A stretch of DNA of 64,000 nt from an uncultured Anaerolineales bacterium (lineage in GTDB: Bacteria; Planctomycetota; Phycisphaerae; FEN-1346), in NCBI GenBank assembly GCA_964526295.1, contig CAZGKW010000003.1, positions 14,962 to 78,961 on the forward strand. Direction: 5' to 3'. The notes beneath the pieces were generated by a model. The model did not search any database and was not told the origin of the DNA. It saw nothing but the letters and a program-made list of their open reading frames with translations. Positions 18,859 through 29,540 of this stretch are shown in pieces; position 1 is the first letter of the stretch; the number at the start of each line of letters is the position of its first letter. A program made the position numbers and the translations under genes.

Positions 18859-19551
18859 TCACCCGGCGGCCTGAGCCATCTTCTCGCGCTGAATGGGATC
18901 CAGGATGCGTTCGGTGGCCCGCTCGACGAGCCGGTCGATGAGCGCCTCGTCGGCCAGCCGCTCGAGGAACGGGTCCTTGCGGACGGTGCTTTTCTCGACG
19001 ATTTCCTCGACCTGCTCGTTGGCCAGCTCGCGGAGGCGGAGCTTCTCGGCCTCGCCCAGGCCGGCCGGCCGGAACCGATCGAGGAGGTGGTGGTACAGAA
19101 CATAGCCCGCCCAGTCCCGCTGCTGCTCGAGGGAGAGAATCGCCATGACCTCGGCCCGCGGTCCGGCGAGAGCGTCGCGCCAGCGTTCCTCGGCCGCCAC
19201 GAGACGCTCCTCGGCGGCCTCAACCTCTTTCGGATCGCCCCCGGCCCGGGCATCGTGCAGGTCCTGCCGCGCGAGGCGGCGGGCCTCACCCAGCCGGCCG
19301 GCATCGAGCTTGTCGCGTCTGGCTTCGTACTCGGCCCCCTCCCGCTCAAAGTCCAGCCGCTGGAAGCCCTTGATGCGGCAGACGGCGATCATCTGGTCGA
19401 AGTCGCTGCCCTCGACCCGGCGGACCGTCCTGTCGTCGAGGTGGGGGACGGTCTTCTCGCGGAGGTCGGGTCGGCACGCCGTCAGGCCGAGCGCCGCCGC
19501 GGCAGCGGCCGCGGCGAGAACGCCCCAGGTGCGTCGGTTCGCCTGCGGCAT
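18859..19551 (-). CDS. hypothetical lipoprotein
   Basis: Signal peptide with lipobox ...ALGLTAC. Charged helical remainder. Confidence 0.55.
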   Translation of the reverse strand: MPQANRRTWGVLAAAAAAAALGLTACRPDLREKTVPHLDDRTVRRVEGSDFDQMIAVCRIKGFQRLDFEREGAEYEARRDKLDAGRLGEARRLARQDLHDARAGGDPKEVEAAEERLVAAEERWRDALAGPRAEVMAILSLEQQRDWAGYVLYHHLLDRFRPAGLGEAEKLRLRELANEQVEEIVEKSTVRKDPFLERLADEALIDRLVERATERILDPIQREKMAQAAG

Positions 19552-19686
19552 CCGTCGCCCTCTCGCCCTGTTCCCCGCGGCCGAACTGCCACGGAAGACA
19601 CCATGGTGGCGCCTAGCGAGCGTCGTTGCAAGCGTTTCACGAGGCCCGGCCGCTCGCAACGGGTGCCGGAAACCGTTCGTTCCGCC

Positions 19687-20613
19687 CTACCCCTTCATCC
19701 CCGTCAGCAGGATGCCCCGGACCAGGAACCGCTGGGCGGCGAAGAACAGGACCACCAGCGGCAGGGCCGTGATCACGCTCGCCGCCATCAGCAGGTTCGC
19801 GAACGACCCGTGCATCGACTGGAACATCGACAGCCCCAGGGCCGTCGTGTACTTCTCCGGGCTCGACAGGTAGATCAGCGGCCCGAAGAACTGCTTCCAC
19901 GTCGCGATGAAGCTCAGCACCGCCACCGTGATCAGGGCCGGCCGCGCCAGCGGCAGGATCAGGTGCCACAGCACCTGGAAGTCCGACGCCCCGTCGAGCC
20001 GGGCGGCGTCCTCCAAGTCGCGAGGGATGCTCATGAAGAACTGCCGCAACAGGAAGATGGCGAACGCCCCGCCACCCAGCCACGCCGGCACGATCAGCGG
20101 CTTGAACGTGTTGACCCAGCCGATAGAGCGGAAGATCAGATACTGCGGGATCACCAGGAGCTGGAACGGAAGCATCAGCGTCGCCAGAACGACGATGAAC
20201 CAGAACCGCCGGCCGATCCACCGCAGCCGGGCGAAGGCGTACGCCACCATCGACGCCGAGATCACCTGCCCCAGCACCACCAGGCCGCACACGAAAAACG
20301 AGTTCAGGATAAACCGGGGGAACGGCAGGACGCTCATCGCCTCGGCGTAGTTGCCCCACTGAGGGTCCCGCACCAGCAGCGACGGCGGGAAGTCGTAGAC
20401 GTGGTTCAGCGTCTTCAGGCTCGACGCCACCGACCAGAGGAACGGGAACAGGAACAGCAAGCTCAAGGCCAGGAGCACGACGTAGCGAAGGAGCAGGCCG
20501 AGGGGGCCCTCGCCGGCGGCCCGCGAGGGGGCCCGGCGGACCTCCTTCCCCGCCGCACGGGCGGCCGCCTGCATCGCCGAGACCGGCACCTGCTGGCCCG
20601 CCTGCCGGGTCAT
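19687..20613 (-). CDS. ABC carbohydrate transporter permease (MalG/UgpE-like, CUT1)
   Basis: Six TM segments. EAA-loop AARLDGAS..QVLWHLILPLARPAL. Confidence 0.85.
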   Translation of the reverse strand: MTRQAGQQVPVSAMQAAARAAGKEVRRAPSRAAGEGPLGLLLRYVVLLALSLLFLFPFLWSVASSLKTLNHVYDFPPSLLVRDPQWGNYAEAMSVLPFPRFILNSFFVCGLVVLGQVISASMVAYAFARLRWIGRRFWFIVVLATLMLPFQLLVIPQYLIFRSIGWVNTFKPLIVPAWLGGGAFAIFLLRQFFMSIPRDLEDAARLDGASDFQVLWHLILPLARPALITVAVLSFIATWKQFFGPLIYLSSPEKYTTALGLSMFQSMHGSFANLLMAASVITALPLVVLFFAAQRFLVRGILLTGMKG

Positions 20614-21620
20614 GGCCCCTCCGATTCGTAGTACACCCACCGCCGGCTCGTCCCGACGACGATCAGCGTCACGACGAGGATGACGGCAAACAGGACCCAC
20701 CCCAGGGCGCAGGCGTAGCCCATCTCGTTCTCCTCGAACGCCTTCTCGTAGATGTGGAGGACGTAGACGAGGGTGGCGTTGGCCGGGCCGCCCGGCTCCG
20801 ACGGCAGCAGATACGCCTGGGCGAAGACCTGGAAGCTCCCGATGATGCCCATCACGAGGTTGAAGAAGATCGTCGGCGAGAGCTGCGGCAGCGTCACGTG
20901 GACGAACCGCCCCCACGGCCCGGCCCCGTCGATGGCCGCCGCCTCGTACAGGTGCTCCGGCACGTTCTGGAGGCCCGCCAGGAAGATCATCATCGCGCTG
21001 CCACACCCCCAGACGGCCATGAACACCAGGGCCGGCAGCGCCCAGGTCGGGCTCTCGATCCACCCGGGAACGGCGCTCATGTCGACGGCCCAGTCGCCGG
21101 GCGCGAGGTCGTTCCACAGCCGGTACAGCCGCCTGAGGCCCGTGTTGATGAGCCCGAACTCGGCGTTGTAGACCCACCGCCACATGACCATCGTCGCGAC
21201 GCCGCTGACGACGGCCGGCATGAAGAAGATCGTCCGGAACAGGGCGATGCCCGGCACCGCCTTGTTGAGGAGCATCGCCAGCCCCAGCGCCACCGCAAGC
21301 GTCAGCGCGACGCTCCCCACGGCGTACATGGCGGTGTTGATCAGGGCCCGGTAGGACGGGTCCACCCACAGGGCCCGGGGCATGGGCTCGTCGGACGTGA
21401 AGACGTCGGCGTAGTTGCCTGCACCGACCCAGTTGGCCTCCGACAGGTCCGAGATGCCGTTCCAGTCGGTCAGGGAGATGACGGCGGCGAAGAGGAGCGG
21501 CCCGATCGTCAGCCCGAAGAAGCCCACGAACCAGGGAGCTGCCCAGAGGTACCCGCGGAGGCTGCCTCGCCACGTGGCTCCGCCGACAGGGGCCGGGCGG
21601 ATCGTTCCCTGGCCGGTCAT
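20610..21620 (-). CDS. ABC carbohydrate transporter permease (MalF/UgpA-like, CUT1)
   Basis: EAAAIDGAGPWGRFVHVTLPQLSP EAA motif. 4-nt overlap with the downstream permease. Confidence 0.85.
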   Translation of the reverse strand: MTGQGTIRPAPVGGATWRGSLRGYLWAAPWFVGFFGLTIGPLLFAAVISLTDWNGISDLSEANWVGAGNYADVFTSDEPMPRALWVDPSYRALINTAMYAVGSVALTLAVALGLAMLLNKAVPGIALFRTIFFMPAVVSGVATMVMWRWVYNAEFGLINTGLRRLYRLWNDLAPGDWAVDMSAVPGWIESPTWALPALVFMAVWGCGSAMMIFLAGLQNVPEHLYEAAAIDGAGPWGRFVHVTLPQLSPTIFFNLVMGIIGSFQVFAQAYLLPSEPGGPANATLVYVLHIYEKAFEENEMGYACALGWVLFAVILVVTLIVVGTSRRWVYYESEGP

Positions 21621-22942
21621 CGCTCGGTCCCCTCCTCCGCCTCGGGTCCGAACAGGGGACCGGCCCGGCGGGACAGGCGATCAAGGACCTGCTCCGGGCC
21701 TCGGCCCTCCTCACGGAACATCATCCCGATCTCTTCCATCGCCGCTCGAGCCATCTTCTCCCACTGCTCGGTGATCGGCTGGAGCCGGGCGTAGTCCATC
21801 GCCTCGACGAACCGTTCGACGTGGACCTCCTTGCGCGGGCGGACCTCGACGAACAGGTCCTTCACCTCCACAAGGGCGGGCACGCTTCGCTGGACCCGGG
21901 CGATGATCTCCTGGGCCTCGCGGCTCGCGACGAAGTGGATGAACGTCCAGGCCTCGTCCTTCCGGGGCGAGTCGGCCGCCATCACCAGCGCGTCCCACGT
22001 CACCCGCGTTCCGCGCCCGCCGGGGCCGCGCGGCACGTGCTGGACGTCCCATCGCAGGTCGGTCCGGTTCATAAAGGGCATCTCCCACGGCCCGCTCGTG
22101 AACATCGCCACCCGGCCGGTCATGAAGAGGACGTTCTGGGAGATCTGTCCGGCCTCGCCGGCCCGCGGCATGACGTGGTACTTCCACGACAGGTCCTTGA
22201 TGAAGGTGAGCGCCTGGAGGGCCCGCTGGTCGGTGAACGCCCACCGGGCCTCGGACGCCAGCGCGGGGTACGTGCCCTCGGTCTCCAGGAACTCCGCCCC
22301 ATGGGCGTGGATGAACGGCAGCCAGTAGAGCCACCACGGCGGCGTGTAGCCGTAATGGTCGATCCGCCCGTCGCCCTCGAAGTCACGGGTCAGGGCCCGG
22401 CAGGTGGCGAGGAAGTCGTCCACCGTCCAGTCGGGTTCCGGATACGCGACGCCCAGCTTGTCGAACAGGTCCTTATTGAAGTAGATGAGGTTGTTGCCGC
22501 CCCAGACGGGCACGCCGTAGGTCCGACCCCGCCACCGGAACGACGAGACGGCGGTCGGCCAGTAGTCGCGGTAGAGATCGAGGGAGGCCCCCTCGCGCGA
22601 AAGGTACGGCGTCAGGTCCTCAAACTTGCCGAACTCGCAGAACGGCGGGAACGGCTCGTCCTGGAACAGGATCACGTCGGGCGGCTTGCCGCTCGCGAGG
22701 ACGACGCGGACCTTGTCGGCGTACCGGCCGCCGGGCCAGTATTCGAGCTTGACGGGGAGGTCCGGGTGGCGTCGCTCGAAGGCGGCGGCGATCTGCTTCC
22801 ACATGTTCCATTCTTCGTAGGCCCCCCAGAAGCAGACGCGGAGACGGTCTTCGCCGGCCCCGCCGCCGGTGAAGAAGAGGAGCCACACGGCCCCCGCGGC
22901 CAAACCGAGCCCCAGAGCGACCTTCAGAAGTGTCCGCCCCAT
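21617..22942 (-). CDS. ABC transporter extracellular solute-binding protein (family 1)
   Basis: Signal peptide [26 protein letters not shown]_bac_1-like fold. Coupled to the permease by a 4-nt overlap. Confidence 0.8.
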   Translation of the reverse strand: MGRTLLKVALGLGLAAGAVWLLFFTGGGAGEDRLRVCFWGAYEEWNMWKQIAAAFERRHPDLPVKLEYWPGGRYADKVRVVLASGKPPDVILFQDEPFPPFCEFGKFEDLTPYLSREGASLDLYRDYWPTAVSSFRWRGRTYGVPVWGGNNLIYFNKDLFDKLGVAYPEPDWTVDDFLATCRALTRDFEGDGRIDHYGYTPPWWLYWLPFIHAHGAEFLETEGTYPALASEARWAFTDQRALQALTFIKDLSWKYHVMPRAGEAGQISQNVLFMTGRVAMFTSGPWEMPFMNRTDLRWDVQHVPRGPGGRGTRVTWDALVMAADSPRKDEAWTFIHFVASREAQEIIARVQRSVPALVEVKDLFVEVRPRKEVHVERFVEAMDYARLQPITEQWEKMARAAMEEIGMMFREEGRGPEQVLDRLSRRAGPLFGPEAEEGTER

Positions 22943-23036
22943 GGATGCCGCCGCCTCCGCGCAGCCGGCGCCCCTCGCGCCCGGCCGCGCAGACTCCCGC
23001 CCGCCGGAACGTTCGCCGCACGACACAGCGGCACTC

Positions 23037-23756
23037 TCACCGCGGGCCGAGCGTCTCCGGCTTGTAAGCGTGGTCGCGTTTCCGGTCGACCGTCACGCGG
23101 ACCATCCGGTCGCCCTTCTCGATCGAGTCGACCACGTCCATGCCCTCGGTGACGCGGCCGAAGACGGCGTGCTTGCCGTCGAGCCACGGCGTCGCGACGT
23201 GGGTGATGAAGAACTGGCTGCCGCCGGTGTTGGGGCCGGCGTTGGCCATCGAGATAACGCCGCGGGTATGCTTGAGCTTCGGGCTGAACTCGTCGGCGAT
23301 CCGGTAACCGGGCCCGCCCGTGCCGTCGCCCTCCGGGCACCCGCCCTGGATCATGAAATCGTCGATGACCCGGTGGAACGTCAGGCCGTCGTAGTAGCCC
23401 TTCTCGGCGAGGCTGATGAAGTTGGCGACGGTGTTCGGGGCCTCGTCCTCGGCCAGCTCCAGGACGACGTCGCCCTTCTCGGTATGGATGGTGACCTGTG
23501 GGAGCGGCCCCTCGCCGGGGGCCTCGGCACCGGAGTCGGGCTTCAAAGCGGCGGCCCCGGAGGCCCCCTCTTCGGGGTCGGGGGCTGCTTCGCCGGATTC
23601 GGGCGTCTGCCCACCGGACTCCGGAACGGCCCCGCCGGTCTCCCCGGGCGTAGCGCCCGAGCCGGGGGCCGACGCGGCGCCGTTACAGCCCGCCATCGCA
23701 AGGGCCAGCACAAGCGAAGAGGTCAGGGTCAAGCATGCGAGCGCCTGAAAGGCCAT
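23037..23756 (-). CDS. cyclophilin-type peptidyl-prolyl cis-trans isomerase, lipoprotein
   Basis: [34 protein letters not shown]. Lipobox LAMAGC. Ala/Gly/Pro-rich linker. Confidence 0.85.
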   Translation of the reverse strand: MAFQALACLTLTSSLVLALAMAGCNGAASAPGSGATPGETGGAVPESGGQTPESGEAAPDPEEGASGAAALKPDSGAEAPGEGPLPQVTIHTEKGDVVLELAEDEAPNTVANFISLAEKGYYDGLTFHRVIDDFMIQGGCPEGDGTGGPGYRIADEFSPKLKHTRGVISMANAGPNTGGSQFFITHVATPWLDGKHAVFGRVTEGMDVVDSIEKGDRMVRVTVDRKRDHAYKPETLGPR

Positions 23757-23961
23757 CGTCGTCTCCTTGTCCTTGAGGGTCGTGCGGCCGGAGTCCAAGT
23801 CAGAGTAGCCTGCGGACGGCATGAAAGCAATTGAATTGGTGATGAGGCAGGACCGGCGGCGAAGACCGATGAGGCGCCCTCAGGAGGCCAGGCCCCCGCG
23901 AGCAGGTTGCGATGCGCCCCTCGCAGGGCCGGAAAGGACCCGGCGGCCCCGGACGTCCTTC

Positions 23962-24309
23962 TCAGATGCCGCGCTTGTCCCGGTCGCGGAGGACGGCCGC
24001 CGCCGCCTGCTTGGCCGCAAATTCGCAGGCGTCGTCGAAGTCCATGGCCCCCGTGGTGGAGGTGGCGGGCTCGCCCGTCTCGGGCCGGATGACGGCGTAC
24101 CGGCCGTGGGGCTGGCGCCGGACGACGGTCACGCCCCGCTCCGTCCGGTGGCCCTCGGGCTCGACGAAGCCCGCTCCCTCGGGCGTGTAGACGTGGCCGA
24201 GCACGCGGAGCTCGCGGACCTCGGCCCCCCCGTCCTGGAGCTTGTTGAACCGGACCTCGTACCGGATGCCTTTGATGTAACCGACTTGGACTGGCGCGTC
24301 GCCGTTCAC
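23962..24309 (-). CDS. small hypothetical protein
   Basis: 115 aa with high GC3. No recognisable family. Confidence 0.45.
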   Translation of the reverse strand: MNGDAPVQVGYIKGIRYEVRFNKLQDGGAEVRELRVLGHVYTPEGAGFVEPEGHRTERGVTVVRRQPHGRYAVIRPETGEPATSTTGAMDFDDACEFAAKQAAAAVLRDRDKRGI

Positions 24310-24459
24310 GGCCTTCGGTCTCCTCTTCCGTCCCCTCGTCCCACGTGTCGCCCTATCCTACCGCGCCCCAGGTGACTTGACAATCCCGCCGTCTCCGGAA
24401 ACCGCGAAGGGAACGGCCGGGACGAGCCGGGCGACGCCGCATCCGTTCCCGGCCCGCCC

Positions 24460-25794
24460 TCAGCCGTCGGCCAGCACCTCGGCGACGTGGTCGTCCATGG
24501 CCCGCTGGTCGGCGGCGAAGGAGTTGAGGCCCGCCAGGTTCATCAGGGCGTCGAGGCCGATGGCCCCGGATTCGAGCCGGTCGTGCCAGTTCTGGAGCGT
24601 CGGGACCTTGCCTTCGGCGGCGCTCGTCTCAATGTCCTCCGGCCGCCACGCCACCAGCAGGTCGCCGAAACCGTGGTCGTGGAAGAATCCGACAAGATCG
24701 GCGGCTTCCATAGCGTCGACTTCCACCTCTTCCAGGGCATCAATGCAGTCGGCGAGCCCGTCCGGCACGTCCCACAGCGTGTTCAGGCCGACGGCCTCCG
24801 GGTCCACGCCGTCGGCGAACGCCGGCCGGTAGTCCTCGCCCGTCCGATCGCTCAGGTCGCCCGGGGCGAGGCCGAGCTCGAGGAACTCCCGGGCGGCGCT
24901 CGGCGGCATCGTCAGAACGTCGAGTCCCGCGAGGTCGCGGACCTGGCCGCCGTCGCGGATGCTCGCGCCGATCTGGCGCGTCTTGGTGCCGAGCGACTCG
25001 CCGACGCAGCGGACGGCGGCCTGCGAGGCGAGCGTCGCCCGTTCCCCGACGTAGGCCCCGTCGCCCAGCCGGTTGTCGGCCACGAACGCGTTCAGCCGGC
25101 CCAGGAAGACGTTGACGAACTTCGGCCGGGCGAACCCCGCGACGACGACGTTCTGCCGGGCCGAAAAGCCCAGCGTGTGGTTGACGGGGATGCCCTCGGC
25201 GGCGGCCCGGCGCGTGGCCAGCAGGCCCGCCGGCGTCAGGGGGATCTTGACGATGAACCGCTCCGGGCAGACCGCGTAGTACCGCCGGGCATAGGCCAGC
25301 GCCCCGTCCGGGTCGTGGGCCAGGTCGGTGTGCTCCTCCACCGAGACGAAGGCATCGAACCGCTCCACCAGGCGCAGGGCGTGGTGGGCGTTCAGGACGA
25401 ACGCCAGCTCCAGCCGACGCGTCCGCTCGTCCAGCTCGTAAGCGTCGAGCAGGCCGGCGGCATCGCGGACCAGGTCGTCGTACCGGCCCGTCTGGATCTC
25501 GCGGTTCAGGAGCGTGTTGTTCGTCGTCAGGGCGGTCATCTCGCGGGTCCAGAGGTCGTCCGCGTCGCCCATGTTCCCCGTGTCGAGCCAGAGCTCGGAG
25601 CCCAGCTCCCGCAGGCGCGACCACAGGCCGTGCGAGGGGAACGTCTCGGCCAACTCGCCGAACCGGGGGCTGGACCCCCGCAGAACGAGTTGCCGGACCT
25701 CTTCCGAGAGGCCCGGCGAGCTTTCCATGCGGGTCATGAGGCGTCTCCTTCCGATGAGTTCTTTGCCCATTGTAAGGTCCCCCGCGGGTAGCAT
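24460..25794 (-). CDS. tal: transaldolase family protein
   Basis: LWLDTGN...ALTTNNTLL (like D-T-N/TTNP) and IVKIPLTPAGL...GIPVNHTLGFS...VFLGRL. Start uncertain: ATGs at 25794, 25770 and 25737. Confidence 0.7.
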   Translation of the reverse strand: MLPAGDLTMGKELIGRRRLMTRMESSPGLSEEVRQLVLRGSSPRFGELAETFPSHGLWSRLRELGSELWLDTGNMGDADDLWTREMTALTTNNTLLNREIQTGRYDDLVRDAAGLLDAYELDERTRRLELAFVLNAHHALRLVERFDAFVSVEEHTDLAHDPDGALAYARRYYAVCPERFIVKIPLTPAGLLATRRAAAEGIPVNHTLGFSARQNVVVAGFARPKFVNVFLGRLNAFVADNRLGDGAYVGERATLASQAAVRCVGESLGTKTRQIGASIRDGGQVRDLAGLDVLTMPPSAAREFLELGLAPGDLSDRTGEDYRPAFADGVDPEAVGLNTLWDVPDGLADCIDALEEVEVDAMEAADLVGFFHDHGFGDLLVAWRPEDIETSAAEGKVPTLQNWHDRLESGAIGLDALMNLAGLNSFAADQRAMDDHVAEVLADG

Positions 25795-25915
25795 TCAACG
25801 TTCGGTGCGATTTGTCTGGCGCCGACGTTTTGCCTTGCCGCAGCGGCCCGCCCTGCCGTATACGGGGCCCAGACGCACCGGTGACGGAGCATGGCCAGCC
25901 GAAGGAGCGGCAGCG

Positions 25916-27472
25916 ATGGCGATCAAGGTGGCGTTCATCGGGGCGGGAAGCGTCGGCTTCACCCGCAAGATCTTCCGCGACGTCCTCAGCGTGCCCGAAC
26001 TCCAGGACACGCGCTTCGCCCTCACGGACATCAGCCGGCGCAACCTCGACATGGTGACCCGGCTCTGCCGGAAGGACCTCCAAAAGAACCGCCTCCCGGC
26101 GAACGTCACGGCCACGACCGACCGCCGACGGGCCCTCGAAGGCGCCGACTACGTCGTCAACTGCGTCCGTGTCGGCGGCCTGGATGCGTTCCAGCTTGAT
26201 ATCGACATCCCCTTGAAGTACGGCGTGGACCAGTGCGTCGGCGACACGCTCTGCGCCGGCGGCATCCTCTACGGCCAGCGGAACATCCCCTGCATCCTCG
26301 ACTTCTGCCGCGACATCCGCGACGTGGCCGCCCCCGACTGCCTCTTCCTCAATTACGCCAACCCCAACGCCATGAACACCTGGGCGGCCATCGACCACGG
26401 CGGCGTCCGGACCGTCGGCCTGTGCCACGGCGTGGAGGGCGGCTGGTGCCAGATCGCCGATGTCCTTGGGGCCGACGACTACCGCGACGTCGACATCCTC
26501 TGCGCCGGCATCAATCACCAGACGTGGTACGTCCGCGTCTTCTACCAGGGCCGCGAGGTCGGCGGCGAGGAACTTCTCGATGCCTTCGAGCGGCACCCGG
26601 TCTACTCCGAGACCGAGAAGGTCCGCATCGACGTCCTCCGCCGGTTCGGATACTACTCCACCGAGTCGAACGGCCACCTCTCGGAGTACCTGCCCTGGTA
26701 CCGCAAGCGGCCCCGCGAAATCCGAAAGTGGATCGACCTGAGGCACTGGATCCACGGCGAGACCGGCGGGTACCTGCGGGTCTGCACCGAGGGCCGGCGA
26801 TGGTTCGAGACCGACTTCCCCAAGTGGCGGGAGGCCGACGATCCGCCCATCGGTCCCGAAGACCGCGGCACCGAGCACGCGAGCTGGATCATCGAGGCCC
26901 TCGAGACCGGCCGCACGTATCGCGGGCACTTCAACGTCAAGAACCACGGCTGCATCCCGAACCTGCCCGCCGATTGCATCCTCGAGGTGCCGGGCTACGT
27001 CGACCGCAACGGCATCGGCATCCCGCGCGTCGGGCCGCTGCCGCCGGCGTGCGCGGCGACGCTGAACGCGAGCGTCAGCGTCCAGCGGATGGCCGTCCAG
27101 GCGGGCGTCGCGGGGGACCTCCGGCTCCTGAAACAGGCCCTGCTCCACGACCCGCTCGTCGGGGCCGTCTGCGACCCGGAAGAAGTGTGGCAGATGACCG
27201 ACGAGATGGTCGTCGCCCAGGCGAAGTGGCTGCCTCAGTACGCCGAGGAGGTCCCGGCGGCCCGGAAGCGCCTCGCCGCGGCGAAGCGCAAGGGCACCTA
27301 CCGGGGGACGCGCAAGTCGAAGGGCGCCGCCCGCCTGAAGGTCCGGAGCGTCGCCGAGCTCCGCCGGAAGGGCGAGAAGGCCCGACGCGAGGCCACCGCC
27401 GCCGACAAGGCCGCCGACGCCCGCCGGCGCGACGCCCAACGGGGCCATGGACGCCGCGCCAGACGACGCTAG
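25916..27472 (+). CDS. glycoside hydrolase family 4 (NAD+/Mn2+-dependent alpha-glycosidase) with a 70-aa Lys/Arg-rich tail
   Basis: MAIKVAFIGAGS Rossmann N-terminus, CHGV, typical GH4 core. AAGGAG SD. Tail is KRLAAAKRKGTYRGTRKSKGAARLK.... Confidence 0.8.
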   Translation: MAIKVAFIGAGSVGFTRKIFRDVLSVPELQDTRFALTDISRRNLDMVTRLCRKDLQKNRLPANVTATTDRRRALEGADYVVNCVRVGGLDAFQLDIDIPLKYGVDQCVGDTLCAGGILYGQRNIPCILDFCRDIRDVAAPDCLFLNYANPNAMNTWAAIDHGGVRTVGLCHGVEGGWCQIADVLGADDYRDVDILCAGINHQTWYVRVFYQGREVGGEELLDAFERHPVYSETEKVRIDVLRRFGYYSTESNGHLSEYLPWYRKRPREIRKWIDLRHWIHGETGGYLRVCTEGRRWFETDFPKWREADDPPIGPEDRGTEHASWIIEALETGRTYRGHFNVKNHGCIPNLPADCILEVPGYVDRNGIGIPRVGPLPPACAATLNASVSVQRMAVQAGVAGDLRLLKQALLHDPLVGAVCDPEEVWQMTDEMVVAQAKWLPQYAEEVPAARKRLAAAKRKGTYRGTRKSKGAARLKVRSVAELRRKGEKARREATAADKAADARRRDAQRGHGRRARRR

Positions 27473-28386
27473 ACGCGCTCCACCGCCTCGCCTGGGACCC
27501 GGACGTAGCGCCGGCACCGGGGACAACGGGCGCCGCGGCCGGCCAGTTCCGTCGGCGCCTTCAGCCGCGCCCCGCATACGCAGCGGACCCGCAGCGCTCG
27601 GGGCACTTCGGTATCAAACGGTAGGGTCGCGGGACCGCTCTTCGGGCGATGCACCGAACGCAGGGCTCGGGGCACCCGCGCCGCGACCTGGGGACCCGGC
27701 TTCCGGCGACCGAGCCACGCCCGCACCGCAGCCGGCAGCGACTCCTCATAGGCCTCCATCCGAACTGTGCCGGCCCCCACCAACAGAAGGCCGAGGCCGA
27801 AGCCGACGGCGAACCCGCCCAGGTGGGCCCAGTAGGCCACGCCCGGCAGCCCGAGCGCCACGCCCAACACGTCGAACGCCAGCCACAGCAGGACCATCCA
27901 GAAGCCGCTGACCGAGAACGTTCCGGGCCGGAAGTACCAGACGTAGAAGCACGAGACGTCGTTGCGGGGGTAGAACACCAGGTATATGCCGACGATGCCG
28001 TTGATGGCCCCGCTCGCGCCGATGGCGGGTCCGCCGTCGAACGCCATGTGGGCCGCCGCGGCAGCCAACCCGCACCCGACGTAGATCGGCGCGTAGAGGA
28101 AGTTGCCGACCTTCGCGCAGACGGCATTGCCGAAGACCCACAGGAAGACCATGTTGCCCGCGAGGTGCATGACGCCGGCGTGGAGCCACATGTGCGTCAG
28201 CCAGCCGCCGATGCCGCCCGTGCCGCCGAGGACGAAGTCGTCGAGGTCCGCTTCGCTAAGGCCGGCCTGGGCGGCGAAGACGAGGACGGTCGTCCCGAGC
28301 AGCGCGACGTTGGCGAGAGGCCACCGCTGCATCGGCACGTCCACGCGATAGGGCACCAGCAACACCGTCGACACCTCCATTCCCAT
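27469..28386 (-). CDS. rhomboid family protease with a C-terminal zinc-ribbon-like tail
   Basis: GASGAINGIVG catalytic Ser, AHLGGFAVG His. C-terminus CVCGARLK...CPRCRRY. Confidence 0.75.
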   Translation of the reverse strand: MGMEVSTVLLVPYRVDVPMQRWPLANVALLGTTVLVFAAQAGLSEADLDDFVLGGTGGIGGWLTHMWLHAGVMHLAGNMVFLWVFGNAVCAKVGNFLYAPIYVGCGLAAAAAHMAFDGGPAIGASGAINGIVGIYLVFYPRNDVSCFYVWYFRPGTFSVSGFWMVLLWLAFDVLGVALGLPGVAYWAHLGGFAVGFGLGLLLVGAGTVRMEAYEESLPAAVRAWLGRRKPGPQVAARVPRALRSVHRPKSGPATLPFDTEVPRALRVRCVCGARLKAPTELAGRGARCPRCRRYVRVPGEAVERV

Positions 28387-28539
28387 CTCAAGTACGCCCG
28401 TGCGGCGCAGCCTATTCACCCCCATCGCGACGGGTGAGGCCGCGGGAATTCCGGCAATAGGCCCCGGCCAGGTCCGTTTGGCCTCATCAGGGAGCGGTTT
28501 GTCCGGTCTTGTGGGGCCCTTGCAAAGAGGAGAACGATC

Positions 28540-29469
28540 ATGGTCCGGAAGATGTCCGTTTGGATGCTGGCGGCCGCTCTGGCGGCAGTGGTGGTCCTGC
28601 CGGCGGTGGCGGCGGGGCCGGGCGAGGAGGGACGGCGGGGCCGCGAAGGCTCGCGCGAGGGCCGACGCGGCCGAGGACGCCGCGACGGCGGGGCGCGTCG
28701 CGAGATGAGCCCTGAGGAGCGAATGGTCCGGCTCCTGAGGGAGGAGGAGGTCCGTCTCGACCTCGGCTTGACGCCGGAGCAGGAAGCCGCGCTTCAGGAG
28801 CTCGACGAGCAGAGGCGGCAGGTGTTCGACCGGGCACGCCAGGAGATGGAGGCCGCCCGTCAGCCGGCCGAGGCCGGTGCCGAAGGCCGTCGCGAGGAAG
28901 GCCGGCGCGGAGGCTTCCGCGGCGGTGGCGAGGCCTTCGCCCGGGCCCGCGAGGAGGCGAACGAGCTCTCAAGGCAGGCGCTCGACGTTCTGGCCGAGGC
29001 GCAGCGAACCACGCTCCAGAAACTCGCCGACATGCGGCACGAGGAGGAGACCCGCCGGCGGAGCCTGTGGTCGCTCGCCGACGAGCAGACCGCCGCCGAG
29101 GTCGGCCTCTCGGAGGAGCAGCGGAACCAGATCCGCGACATCCTACGGGAAAACTCCACCCAGATGCGCAGCCTGGGCCGGGAGGCGATGGAGGGGCTCC
29201 GCGATCTGCCTCCCGAGCAGCGCCGCCAGCGGATGCGCGACCTCTGGCGCGAGCAGGCCGCCGTCCGCGAGCAGATGCAGGCCGAGGCCGAGCAGGCCGT
29301 CATGCAGGCCCTGACGCCCGAGCAGCGGACCGCCTTCGGCGCCTTCGTCCAGGAACGGGTCAAGGCGGCGCGCGGCAGGACCATCACCGTCACGAGGCGG
29401 CGGCCCGAGGGCGGGGCAACCGCGCCGCGGGATACGGGCGAGCCGGCCCCGGAAGAAGCCGAGCCGTAG
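28540..29469 (+). CDS. secreted LTXXQ-motif (Spy/CpxP-like) protein
   Basis: Signal peptide, three LTPEQ/LSEEQ repeats, charged helical. AAGAGGAG SD 7 nt upstream. Confidence 0.65.
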   Translation: MVRKMSVWMLAAALAAVVVLPAVAAGPGEEGRRGREGSREGRRGRGRRDGGARREMSPEERMVRLLREEEVRLDLGLTPEQEAALQELDEQRRQVFDRARQEMEAARQPAEAGAEGRREEGRRGGFRGGGEAFARAREEANELSRQALDVLAEAQRTTLQKLADMRHEEETRRRSLWSLADEQTAAEVGLSEEQRNQIRDILRENSTQMRSLGREAMEGLRDLPPEQRRQRMRDLWREQAAVREQMQAEAEQAVMQALTPEQRTAFGAFVQERVKAARGRTITVTRRRPEGGATAPRDTGEPAPEEAEP

Positions 29470-29540
29470 GACCAGCTGGGACACGCCGAACGCTGGCGCG
29501 GCCCGGCCTGCACCGTCGGCGAAGCGACGGCGGCCGATCT

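Noticed and set aside
24411-24454. GC hairpin (gggaacgg..ccgttccc) just downstream of the tal stop
   Set aside because: Plausible as a weak terminator, but the 28-nt loop is long and there is no U-tract. Too uncertain to list as a feature.
28590-28700. Apparent GC-rich tandem repetition (ggccgcgaaggctcgcgcgagggccgacgcggccgaggacgccgcgacgg)
   Set aside because: It encodes the Arg/Gly/Glu-rich low-complexity N-terminal region of the LTXXQ protein. It is not a CRISPR or nucleotide tandem repeat.
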